A DNA stretch of 64,000 bases from Verrucomicrobiota bacterium. GTDB taxonomy: Bacteria; Verrucomicrobiota; Verrucomicrobiia; Limisphaerales; UBA11358. A model generated the notes under the pieces. That model was not told the origin of the DNA and made no database searches. It saw nothing but the letters and a program-made list of their open reading frames with translations. How positions within the stretch are numbered: position 1 is the stretch's first letter; every line of letters starts with the position of its first letter. The position numbers were made by a program, and so were the translations under genes. Location of the stretch: positions 1,595-65,594 of the forward strand of contig JBEKZC010000014.1 of NCBI GenBank assembly GCA_049510295.1, given 5' to 3'. This document shows positions 28,060-36,091 of this stretch, one piece after another.

Positions 28060-28520
28060 GCATCGGGCAGTTTTCCCAGCAACTTTGTGTCCGCCGCCGG
28101 AAACTGGTAATTGTCCAATTCCGCCGCGCTGATCCACTTGAACGCCGCGCAGCCGAGCATCTGCGGTTCACCGCGTTCCAACCGGCAGACGAAAAATTTC
28201 AGACGAACGGTTTTCTCCGGATAAGCGTGAGTGACGGATTCAAAAAGTTTGCCGACGGAGATTTCCACGCCGAGCTCCTCGCGGATTTCGCGCACCAGGC
28301 ATTGCTCGAAGGTTTCGTCCGGTTCGCGCTTGCCACCAGGGAATTCCCACAGCCCGCCGAGATGCGCCTCGGAGTGACGCCGGGTAATGAGCAGCTTGCC
28401 GTCGTGGAAAATCAAGGCGGCGGAAACCTCCGTGAGGTGTCGAGTGCCGGGTGTCGCGTGTCGGGAGCCAGACGCGACGGCGTTCGACTTTCGTCCCTCG
28501 ACTTTCGACTGCTGTTTCAC
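28041..28520 (-). CDS. NUDIX hydrolase, MutT-like
   Basis: Nudix box GGLWEFPGGKREPDETFEQCLVREIREELGV. The ATG overlaps the ugd stop (ATGA). Confidence 0.85.
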   Translation of the reverse strand: MKQQSKVEGRKSNAVASGSRHATPGTRHLTEVSAALIFHDGKLLITRRHSEAHLGGLWEFPGGKREPDETFEQCLVREIREELGVEISVGKLFESVTHAYPEKTVRLKFFVCRLERGEPQMLGCAAFKWISAAELDNYQFPAADTKLLGKLPDALEFKL

Positions 28521-29806
28521 CGCCCGACGCTTTTGTAAATCCAGCCCAGCCGTTCCATTTCCTCGCGGTCAAACAGATTGCGGCCGTCGAACATGATGGG
28601 ATGGGTGAGCGATTTGCGGGCGCGTTCGAGATCAAGCTTTTTAAATTCATCCCACTCGGTGGCCACCACCAGCGCGTCGCAACCATCGGCCACGGCGTTC
28701 ATGTCGTCCACGTAGGTCGCGTCCGCGAGCACGGCTTTGGCCTTGTCCATCGCCTTCGGATCATGCACCCGCAACCTGGCGCCTTCCTTTTGCAGGCGGT
28801 GACAGAGTTCAATTGCCGGTGACATGCGCACGTCGTCGGTGTTTTGTTTGAAGGCGAGGCCGAGCACGCCGATGGTTTTGTCTTTGAGCACCCAAAGCGT
28901 GTTGGTGATCTTTTTGACAAAGCGCTCCATTTGGTCGGCGTTGATGTGCTGGACTTCCTTCAGCAAACGAAAATCGCAGCCATTTTGCTCGGCGATTTTG
29001 ATGAACGCGCTTAAATCCTTTGGAAAACAACTGCCGCCGAAGCCGATGCCGGCGTTCAAAAACCGGCGACCGATGCGCTCGTCCAGCCCCATGCCGGCGG
29101 CGACTTCCTGAACGTTGGCGCCCGTCGCTTCGCAAATGGCGGCGATGGCGTTGATGTAGGAAATTTTAAGCGCGAGGAATGAATTCGAAGCGTGCTTGAT
29201 GAGCTCGGCGGAATTGATGTCGGTGACGACAATCGGCGCGTTGAACGGCGCGTAAATTCCCTTCATGGCCGCGACGGGCCGCGGGGAGCGGACGCCGATG
29301 ACAACGCGGTCGGGCTTCATCAAATCGCCGACGGCGAAGCCTTCGCGCAGAAACTCAGGATTGCTCACCACGTCAAAGTCCACTTTTGCCGGGCAATAGC
29401 GTCTGATGGTTTCGGCGACCTTTTCGCCGGTTTTGACCGGGACGGTGCTTTTATCCACGACAATCTTGTAATCAGTCATGGCCGCGGCAATGTCGCGCGC
29501 GACTTTTTCGATGAAGCTCAGATCCACCGAACCATCCGCTTGCGGCGGCGTTGGCACGGCGATAAAAATTACGTCGGATTTTTGGACGCCTTCAGCGGTA
29601 CTGCTGGTGAATGTAAGCCGTCCGGCAGCCACGTTTTTCTTCACGAGTTCTTCGAGTCCCGGCTCGTAAATGGGGATGCCACCGGACTGGAGCAGTTCGA
29701 CCTTGGCCGCGTCGTTGTCCACGCACACGACCTGATGGCCGACTTCGGCGAAGCAAGTGCCGGTGACCAGACCGACATAACCCGTGCCGATGAGGGTGAG
29801 CTTCAT
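28517..29806 (-). CDS. ugd: UDP-glucose 6-dehydrogenase
   Basis: MKLTLIGTGYVGLVTGTCFAEVGH Rossmann N-terminus, GFGGSCFPKD catalytic Cys motif, 429 aa. Confidence 0.9.
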   Translation of the reverse strand: MKLTLIGTGYVGLVTGTCFAEVGHQVVCVDNDAAKVELLQSGGIPIYEPGLEELVKKNVAAGRLTFTSSTAEGVQKSDVIFIAVPTPPQADGSVDLSFIEKVARDIAAAMTDYKIVVDKSTVPVKTGEKVAETIRRYCPAKVDFDVVSNPEFLREGFAVGDLMKPDRVVIGVRSPRPVAAMKGIYAPFNAPIVVTDINSAELIKHASNSFLALKISYINAIAAICEATGANVQEVAAGMGLDERIGRRFLNAGIGFGGSCFPKDLSAFIKIAEQNGCDFRLLKEVQHINADQMERFVKKITNTLWVLKDKTIGVLGLAFKQNTDDVRMSPAIELCHRLQKEGARLRVHDPKAMDKAKAVLADATYVDDMNAVADGCDALVVATEWDEFKKLDLERARKSLTHPIMFDGRNLFDREEMERLGWIYKSVGR

Positions 29807-29811
29807 GGCTC

Positions 29812-30510
29812 TCAGTGGTTTGGCTTGAACGGAGCCGCCGGGACGGTTGAAGGCGAAGCCGATTGCAGCTTCATTTTCAATTCCATCAAGCGCAACCCGG
29901 CTTCCGAACCCAGCGAGCCATTGGGGTTGTAATGCACGATGGCTTCGTAAAGATTTGCCGCTTCGGCAAGTTTGCCCTGACGTTCGTCAATTTGCGCCAG
30001 GGCGAATCTTGCGGAGTCCACCGCTACCGCGTCGGAATAGTTGTTGATGATCCGTTGGTAACCGCCGGCGGCCAAATCCGTTTTACCTTGGGCGTCAAGA
30101 CTGGTCGCCACGCCAAGCGCAGCCTGGGCGGCAAAGAAACCGCCCGGGTAGGCATCGAGAAACTTTTGGAACTGCGCTTGCGCGTCGGCATATCTTCCCG
30201 CCGCAAACAACATTGCAGCGCCTTGCTCCAAGGCCCGTTGCCCGGCGGACGTGCCCTGATAGTCCGCGGTGATTTTAAAATAAAGGTCGGCCACCTGGCT
30301 GGCGGTGGCGTTGCGCGGAATGGAACTCATCATTTGCGTCAGCGCCTGGCCGGCCGCGATCTCCTTTTGATCCCGCTGCCAGGAATAAAACGAAATCAGC
30401 CCGGCGGCGACGACGATAACGGCACCGCCCCAAATAATCCGAATCCGGTTGGCTTCAAACCAAGGCCACAGTTTAAAAAGATAAGTCGCCGGTGCGTCAT
30501 GTAATTCCAT
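29812..30510 (-). CDS. membrane-anchored tetratricopeptide repeat protein (YfgM/YbgF-like)
   Basis: One N-terminal TM helix followed by TPR-like Ala/Tyr-rich repeats. Confidence 0.65.
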   Translation of the reverse strand: MELHDAPATYLFKLWPWFEANRIRIIWGGAVIVVAAGLISFYSWQRDQKEIAAGQALTQMMSSIPRNATASQVADLYFKITADYQGTSAGQRALEQGAAMLFAAGRYADAQAQFQKFLDAYPGGFFAAQAALGVATSLDAQGKTDLAAGGYQRIINNYSDAVAVDSARFALAQIDERQGKLAEAANLYEAIVHYNPNGSLGSEAGLRLMELKMKLQSASPSTVPAAPFKPNH

Positions 30511-30577
30511 AATGGATGAATAGTTTTTCGCCCGAAGCTCAAAAATACAAGCTCGAAATCAACTGCGGTTGAAAAAA

Positions 30578-30791
30578 GGGCGCAGTTTGCCACCATCACC
30601 GCCACCAACTATGATATTCGTACTGAACCGGCTTGCGAACCCTGGGAGCGGCGGCGTCTCGTCCGGCGGGTTGGAACTGTCTGTCGCAACATAGCGAGCC
30701 GGTGGGACCCGTCCTTCGTAGCAGCACTTCGGAGGGTGGACACCAGCGCCCCCAAGAGGCGGAAGAATGATGGCGGGGCCAAATTGCGCCC
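30578..30791. mobile_element. MITE-like unit bounded by 12-bp terminal inverted repeats
   Basis: GGGCGCAGTTTG (30578-30589) against CAAATTGCGCCC (30780-30791), 11/12 complementary. The interior is built of repeat words also seen at 37350 and 42050. Confidence 0.45.
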
Positions 30792-30819
30792 TTGAAAGAA
30801 AGACCCCGGGACAACAACG

Positions 30820-31668
30820 CTAGAAACCTCTCAGGTCGGTGCTGGAGCGTTTGGGCAGACCGGGCGCAGGTATGCGCTTGAGCACCAGATATTGAATGCC
30901 ATTTTTTTTGCAGTATTCGCGCTTGCCACCCGTGTCGCCGTCCTCGTTCACTGCATAAATGTCCGGCTTTAAACGCTGGATTTCCGGATCGGCATCCATC
31001 CAGCCGTCGCCACTGGAAATCAGCGCCTGCTTGACGTACTTGATTGAGCCGACAACGTAACGGCGCTCTCCCTGCGGCAGGAGCGGATGGTCCGGTCCCT
31101 TGAGCAGCCGGATGTTCGCATCGTGGCTGATGACGACGTAAAGATCGCCATACGCGCTGACCTCCTCAAAGAACCGCAGGTGGCCGGAGTGAAACCAATC
31201 ATAGGACCCGGTGACGACGACTTTTTTTCGAACTTCTGCCGGGGCCGGGCCGGGATCGGCCGCATGGGCAGTCGGGTCGGGAAAGCCCTTCATTCGTTCG
31301 TTACTGAAAACGCAATACTCCAGGTCATGCCACTGGCAGAACGCCTTCCGTTTCTCGTTGTAGTGGCACTCGACATCAGCCCATACCTTCGGGCGGTAAC
31401 CACTCACGTCCGGAAGCTCGTTAAGATTATTCACCACATCGGTGATGGGTATGACCCGGCTGACATAGCGGACGGCATTGAGGAGATAAAGCCTTTCCGC
31501 TTCGGAAAACTTCGGCAGCTTGCCGGTAAGTTTCTCCACGGCCTCATCCGGCCAGAGCAACACCGTTACTTCACCGAGCTGGGCGGCCTCTTCAAGGAAG
31601 CGCAGGTGAATCGAAAGGAAATCATCAAAGACACCGGCGACAACAATCTGTTTTGCGGGGGTAATCAT
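30820..31668 (-). CDS. tandem cytidylyltransferase-fold nucleotidyltransferase (degenerate N-domain + HxGH C-domain)
   Basis: The C-domain VVVTGSYDWFHSGHLRFFEE carries HSGH, and the tail resembles HldE domain II. The N-domain reads FDDFLSIHLRFLEE. The ATG overlaps the upstream stop (TAATG). Confidence 0.75.
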   Translation of the reverse strand: MITPAKQIVVAGVFDDFLSIHLRFLEEAAQLGEVTVLLWPDEAVEKLTGKLPKFSEAERLYLLNAVRYVSRVIPITDVVNNLNELPDVSGYRPKVWADVECHYNEKRKAFCQWHDLEYCVFSNERMKGFPDPTAHAADPGPAPAEVRKKVVVTGSYDWFHSGHLRFFEEVSAYGDLYVVISHDANIRLLKGPDHPLLPQGERRYVVGSIKYVKQALISSGDGWMDADPEIQRLKPDIYAVNEDGDTGGKREYCKKNGIQYLVLKRIPAPGLPKRSSTDLRGF

Positions 31669-31919
31669 TATGATGCAATTCGAATGGTGACCTGAAACGC
31701 CCCCGGCACCGGTTTCCTTGACGCTACCAAAAGATAACCGCCGCCGCAGCCGGCGCGGTCCATCACGCGAAAGGTCGGCTCCAGCGCCACCACGACCATG
31801 GAACCGGGCGGCCGGGGATTGAACCGGGAGACGAACGGCTGGTCAATCCACCCGCCCGCGAGTTGCAGCCGGTTGGAAATGGCACCGATGACTTCGGTGA
31901 CCAACGGCGGTTTTTTCAT
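31668..31919 (-). CDS. 83-aa protein with fucokinase-type GHMP kinase motif 1 and motif 3 only (possible in-frame deletion remnant)
   Basis: RLQLAGGWIDQPF resembles GHMP/fucokinase RIDxxGGWSDTPP. RAGCGGGYLLV resembles GAGGGGFLL. Translationally coupled at both ends. Confidence 0.5.
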   Translation of the reverse strand: MKKPPLVTEVIGAISNRLQLAGGWIDQPFVSRFNPRPPGSMVVVALEPTFRVMDRAGCGGGYLLVASRKPVPGAFQVTIRIAS

Positions 31920-32959
31920 TCCACCACGCGCTTTCCTTTTTTCCGGTTGTGGTATTGCTCCTTGATCCACTTGTAGGTGACGGCCAAGCCTTCGTCCAAC
32001 GGTGTTTTTGGCTCCCAGTTGAGCATTTTCTGGATGAAGGTGTTGTCGCTGTTGCGGCCGGCCACGCCGCGGGGCGCGTCCAGGTCGTAATGCCGTTTGA
32101 GTTTCACGCCCGCAATCTTTTCGATTTTCGAGAGCAACTCGTTGACGGAAACAAGTTCGCTGGAACCAAGATTGATCGGCGTGGCGATCAACTCATCACA
32201 ATGCATGATCATGTCAATGCCCTTCACGCAGTCATCAATGTACATGAAGCTGCGGGTGGGCGTGCCGTCGCCCCAGATGGAGATGTTCATGTTCTTTTTG
32301 TCAATGGCCTCGATGACCTTGCGGCAGAGGGCAGCGGGGGCCTTCTCGCGGCCGCCGTCCCAGGTGCCATTCGGACCATAGACATTGTGAAAGCGGGCGA
32401 TATGCGTCTTCATGCCGCGTTCGGCCCAGTATTCCTGGCAGAACATTTCTGAAATGAGTTTCTCCCAACCGTAACCGCGCTCGGCCATGGCCGGGTAGGC
32501 GTCGGATTCCTTCAACGCGCGGACTTTCGGGTCCTGCTGCAGCAGGACATTGTAGGCGCAGGCCGACGAGGAATAAAAGTAGTTGCGGACCCCGGCGCGA
32601 TAGGCGGCCTCGATCATGTGCGTATTGATGAGGATGCTGCGCAGACATTCCACGCGAAACCGTTCGATGAAGCCCATGCCGCCCATGTCGGCGGCCAGTT
32701 GGTAAACCTCGGCCGCGCCTTCGCAGACGCGCTTGCAATTTTCCTCGTGGCTGACATCGAGGCAAAGCGATTCGACCCCCGGCACCTTGAGATACCATTC
32801 GTAAAGCGGCTTCTTGTCCACGGCCCGGATGCGGGTAAAACCCTTGTTCTTGAAATACCGGGCCAGGTTGCCGCCGATAAAGCCGCCGGCGCCGGTAATG
32901 ACGATCAAATCGTCCTTTTGTAGTTGTGGATCCTTCTCGATAAGTCGTTTCTTTTCCAT
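31916..32959 (-). CDS. gme: GDP-mannose 3,5-epimerase
   Basis: ITGAGGFIGGNL, LAADMGGMGFI, FYSSSACAY, LKESDAYPA, YGWEKL and ARFHNVYGPNGTWDGGREKAPAALCRK closely parallel plant and bacterial GME. Confidence 0.85.
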   Translation of the reverse strand: MEKKRLIEKDPQLQKDDLIVITGAGGFIGGNLARYFKNKGFTRIRAVDKKPLYEWYLKVPGVESLCLDVSHEENCKRVCEGAAEVYQLAADMGGMGFIERFRVECLRSILINTHMIEAAYRAGVRNYFYSSSACAYNVLLQQDPKVRALKESDAYPAMAERGYGWEKLISEMFCQEYWAERGMKTHIARFHNVYGPNGTWDGGREKAPAALCRKVIEAIDKKNMNISIWGDGTPTRSFMYIDDCVKGIDMIMHCDELIATPINLGSSELVSVNELLSKIEKIAGVKLKRHYDLDAPRGVAGRNSDNTFIQKMLNWEPKTPLDEGLAVTYKWIKEQYHNRKKGKRVVE

Positions 32960-33174
32960 ATCACGTCTTTCGTTTCAACTTGTTCAATCCGTTCGCCGGC
33001 GTTTGGTTTTTCCAAATCTGGTTGCCCATTCTATCCGCAACCGGCCCCTGCCGCAATGACGATCCTTGTCCAAAACCTGACATCCCTTGGGATTGGGGAT
33101 ATAGTTTGGCTCCGATCTTGACTCGCCAATGGCAATTGCCAGACTGGTTCCGGCGGACGGGATTGATTTTGGGC

Positions 33175-33266
33175 GGAGAGATGGCCGAGTGGCTGAAGGC
33201 GACGGTTTGCTAAACCGTTATACGGGTTAAACCGTATCGGGGGTTCGAATCCCCCTCTCTCCGCCA
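33175..33266 (+). tRNA. tRNA-Ser (anticodon GCT), CCA encoded
   Basis: Acceptor stem GGAGAGA/TCTCTCC. Anticodon stem ACGGT/ACCGT with loop TTGCTAA. Long variable arm. T-arm GGGGG-TTCGAAT-CCCCC. Discriminator G followed by CCA. Confidence 0.95.
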
Positions 33267-33289
33267 GTTTCAACTTCTGTACTTCCTGG

Positions 33290-33536
33290 GGCGTGTCTTT
33301 AAAATCCATTTGTAGCTGCGAAGCAGCAACCGATAGCAGCCCACGATGAAACCGTGGGCTTCCAACCGCAAACCGTCCAAGCCCCGGAAAGGGGCGAAAG
33401 AAACGTTTTACGCTGGTTTTCTGCCGCCCCTGCCGGGGCTTGATTTGTTTTGATGGCCAAACCCACGGTTTCACCGTGGGCTACTGGCTTGCGCGCCTCC
33501 GGCGCTGACACGGCAAAACGATTTTGAAGACACGCC
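33290..33536. mobile_element. 247-bp MITE-like element with 17-bp terminal inverted repeats
   Basis: GGCGTGTCTTTAAAATC (33290-33306) against GATTTTGAAGACACGCC (33520-33536), 16/17. Internal hairpins include GCCCACG..CGTGGGC twice and GCCCCGGAAAGGGGC. Confidence 0.55.
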
Positions 33537-33576
33537 TTAATCGTAATCGGACAGAACTGCCATTCACTTTGTGGAA

Positions 33577-33605
33577 TTGACATCGCTCTTTTCCGTCCCT
33601 AACTT
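33577..33605 (+). promoter_or_regulatory. candidate promoter TTGACA-17 nt-TAACTT
   Basis: Perfect -35 at 33577-33582 and a weak -10 at 33600-33605. Confidence 0.3.
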
Positions 33606-33629
33606 CCCAACGCAAAGACACGCGCTTTG

Positions 33630-33658
33630 CCCCGAATTCATGTTCGGGGATTTTTATT
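33630..33658 (+). terminator. intrinsic-terminator-like hairpin with a T-run, 33 nt upstream of purA
   Basis: CCCCGAA-TTCATG-TTCGGGG (33630-33649) followed by ATTTTTATT. Confidence 0.5.
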
Positions 33659-33691
33659 GCGAACACACGGCACGGTCTGGTTTGAAAAAAT

Positions 33692-34960
33692 ATGGCAAAC
33701 ACAATTTTGGTCGGCGCCCAGTGGGGCGACGAAGGCAAAGGCAAAATCATTGATGTGCTGACGGAGGATGCGGACATCGTCGTCCGCTACGCCGGCGGCA
33801 ACAACGCCGGCCACACCGTTTTCATCGGCAAACAAAAATACGTCCTGCACCTCGTGCCGTCCGGCATTCTGCGCCAAAACAAATTGTGCGTCATCGGCAA
33901 CGGCGTGGTCATTGATCCCATCGGCCTCGTTGACGAAATCACCGGTCTGCGCAAGCTCGGTGTGAAAGTTGGCGATAACCTCGTCGTGAGCGAGACGGCG
34001 CACCTCGTCCTGCCGTATCACCGCGAACTGGACGCGCAGCGGGAGGTTCTCAAGGGCAAAAATAAAATCGGCACGACCAAGCGCGGCATCGGCCCGGCCT
34101 ATGGCGACAAGGCGGCGCGCGTCGGCCTGCGCATGATTGACCTCGTGAACCCGGGACGATTCGAGGAAAAATTGCGCCTGCGCATCAAGGAAAACAACGA
34201 GGTGCTGCATGCGCTCGGCGCCAAGCCGCTTTCCTTCAAACAGGTCCTTGCCGAATACCGGGCGGCCGGAAATTATTTGAAGACGTTCGTTGCCAACACC
34301 GTCGTGCTGCTGCACCAGGCGGCGCGGCGCGGCGACAACATTTTGTTCGAGGGCGCGCAGGGCACGTTCCTCGACATTGATCACGGCACGTATCCGTTCG
34401 TCACGTCGTCGAACACGACGGCGGGCGGCGCGTCCACCGGTTCCGGCGTGGCGCCGAATAAAATGGACGACGTCGTCGGCGTGATGAAGGCCTACACAAC
34501 GCGGGTGGGGGAGGGGCCGTTGCCGACGGAGAACGCCGAAATCGCCGACCTGCTGCACGGGATGGGCCGCGAATTTGGCGCGACGACCGGACGGGCGCGG
34601 CGTTGCGGCTGGTTTGACTCCGTGGCCACGCGGCATGCGACGATGGTCAACGGCATTGACAAAATCGCCGTAACCAACCTCGATGGCCTCGATACTGTCG
34701 AAACCATCAAAATTTGCGTCGCGTATCATCACGGCAAGGCGCGTTACGATTTTGTTCCGAACGACGCGCAGACGCTCGCGGAATGCGAGCCGGTGTATGT
34801 GGAATTTGAAGGCTGGCGCACGCCGACGGACAAGGCGCGCAAATGGAAAGATTTGCCCGCCAAAGCGCGCTCGTATTTGAAGGCCATTGCCGAATTGACC
34901 GGCGCGAAACTGGCGATTGTTTCCGTCGGCCCAAGCCGCGACCAGACAATTTTTGTGTAG
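33692..34960 (+). CDS. purA: adenylosuccinate synthase
   Basis: VGAQWGDEGKGKIID P-loop, GNNAGHT and TTKRGIGPAY motifs, 422 aa. Confidence 0.95.
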   Translation: MANTILVGAQWGDEGKGKIIDVLTEDADIVVRYAGGNNAGHTVFIGKQKYVLHLVPSGILRQNKLCVIGNGVVIDPIGLVDEITGLRKLGVKVGDNLVVSETAHLVLPYHRELDAQREVLKGKNKIGTTKRGIGPAYGDKAARVGLRMIDLVNPGRFEEKLRLRIKENNEVLHALGAKPLSFKQVLAEYRAAGNYLKTFVANTVVLLHQAARRGDNILFEGAQGTFLDIDHGTYPFVTSSNTTAGGASTGSGVAPNKMDDVVGVMKAYTTRVGEGPLPTENAEIADLLHGMGREFGATTGRARRCGWFDSVATRHATMVNGIDKIAVTNLDGLDTVETIKICVAYHHGKARYDFVPNDAQTLAECEPVYVEFEGWRTPTDKARKWKDLPAKARSYLKAIAELTGAKLAIVSVGPSRDQTIFV

Positions 34961-34974
34961 AAAAACGGAGTGCC

Positions 34975-35048
34975 GGGGTATAGGAGTAATGGAGTAATGA
35001 AAAAGCAGAAAGCCCAATACTCCATCATTCCATTACCCCGTTTTTTTT
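34975..35048 (+). terminator. imperfect long hairpin plus T8 downstream of purA
   Basis: GGGGTA...ATGGAGTA arms pair with TACTCCAT...TACCCC, followed by TTTTTTTT (35041-35048). Confidence 0.45.
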
Positions 35049-35055
35049 GCACGGC

Positions 35056-35790
35056 ATGAGCGCAACAGTCCATCTCAGCCCCGAAGCCAAGACTTCGCTG
35101 CCGCAGCACGTGGCAATCATCATGGACGGCAACGGCCGTTGGGCGAAGCAGCGCAGCCTGCCCCGCGTCGAAGGTCATCGGCAGGGCGCAGAATCGGCAC
35201 GGACGATCATTCGCACGGCGGGCGAACTCGGCATCAAATATCTCACGCTCTACGCTTTTTCAGCCGAGAATTGGAATCGCCCCAAGGACGAAGTGGATGC
35301 GTTGATGAAATATCTCATCCACTATCTCAAGACCGAGACGCCGGAGTTGAATAAAAACAACGTGCGGCTGGAAGTCATCGGACAGATTTACCGCCTGCCG
35401 GAAAACGTGCAGGAACCTCTCAAGAAATCCATCGCGACCCTCTCCAAAAACAGCGGCCTCACGCTCGTCATGGCGTTGAGCTACGGCAGCCGCATTGAAA
35501 TCGTGGACGCCGTGCGCCGCATCGCGGAAAAGGCCAGGGACGGCAAGCTCGAGCCTGCCGATATCACCGAGGAAGTCATTTCGCAGCATCTCTGGACGAG
35601 GAACCTTCCCGACCCGGACCTGCTGATTCGCACCAGCGGCGAGATGCGCGTGAGCAATTTTCTGTTGTGGCAGATTTCCTATGCCGAACTCGTCATCACG
35701 CCCACGCTGTGGCCGGACTTCCGCAAGCCGCAATTTTTCGCCGCGCTGGAGGAATACGCCCGCCGTCACCGGCGGTTTGGCGGGGTTTGA
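35056..35790 (+). CDS. uppS: isoprenyl transferase (undecaprenyl diphosphate synthase)
   Basis: HVAIIMDGNGRWA, LTLYAFSAENWNRP, and ends RRHRRFGGV. ATG at 35056 preferred over TTG at 35047. Confidence 0.9.
   Translation: MSATVHLSPEAKTSLPQHVAIIMDGNGRWAKQRSLPRVEGHRQGAESARTIIRTAGELGIKYLTLYAFSAENWNRPKDEVDALMKYLIHYLKTETPELNKNNVRLEVIGQIYRLPENVQEPLKKSIATLSKNSGLTLVMALSYGSRIEIVDAVRRIAEKARDGKLEPADITEEVISQHLWTRNLPDPDLLIRTSGEMRVSNFLLWQISYAELVITPTLWPDFRKPQFFAALEEYARRHRRFGGV
35726..35771 (+). repeat. direct repeat copy 1 (uppS 3' end)
   Basis: 46 nt match 36489-36534 with 2 mismatches: a 34-nt exact core AGCCGCAATTTTTCGCCGCGCTGGAGGAATACGC, then CGCCG and CACCG. Confidence 0.9.
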
Positions 35791-35857
35791 AAATTGAAGG
35801 TTAAAGTCGTCTTGAATTTTTCTTGCATAAAAGCTGAAAGTATGAAATACTGAAATA

Positions 35858-36091
35858 ATGATAAAAGTCATCAACATCAATGATCGCGGCACGCTGACGT
35901 TGCCAAAGGAATTGCGCCGGCGGCTGGGCGTCAACAGCAACGGCCAGGTCGTCGCCGAGGAAACGGATGAAGGTATTTTGCTGCGCGCGGGAATGACTTT
36001 TCCCATCGAGATTTATTCCGGCAAACGACTGGCTGAATTTGATCGTCACAACGAACAGGCGTTGACTCGCTTCCAGCTCAAACGGAAATGA
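35858..36091 (+). CDS. AbrB/MazE/SpoVT-family antitoxin (VapB-like)
   Basis: INDRGTLTLPKELRRRLGV swapped-hairpin motif. 77 aa. The stop overlaps the next ATG (ATGA). Confidence 0.75.
   Translation: MIKVININDRGTLTLPKELRRRLGVNSNGQVVAEETDEGILLRAGMTFPIEIYSGKRLAEFDRHNEQALTRFQLKRK

Noticed and set aside
30511-30819. A structured RNA gene (RNase P, 6S, tmRNA or SRP) in the 310-bp gap
   Set aside because: No conserved core motif of those RNAs was seen. The region is explained by a TIR-bounded unit composed of words that recur elsewhere in the window.
33000-33174. A promoter for tRNA-Ser (TTGACT at 33118 or TTGCCA at 33136)
   Set aside because: Neither -35-like hexamer has an acceptable -10 at 16-18 nt spacing.
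33638-35017. 459-aa ORF antisense to purA, longer than purA itself
   Set aside because: It is a typical high-GC shadow frame. It is Arg/Ala/Gly-rich and low-complexity, has no recognisable motif, and is fully contained opposite a gene with unambiguous purA motifs.
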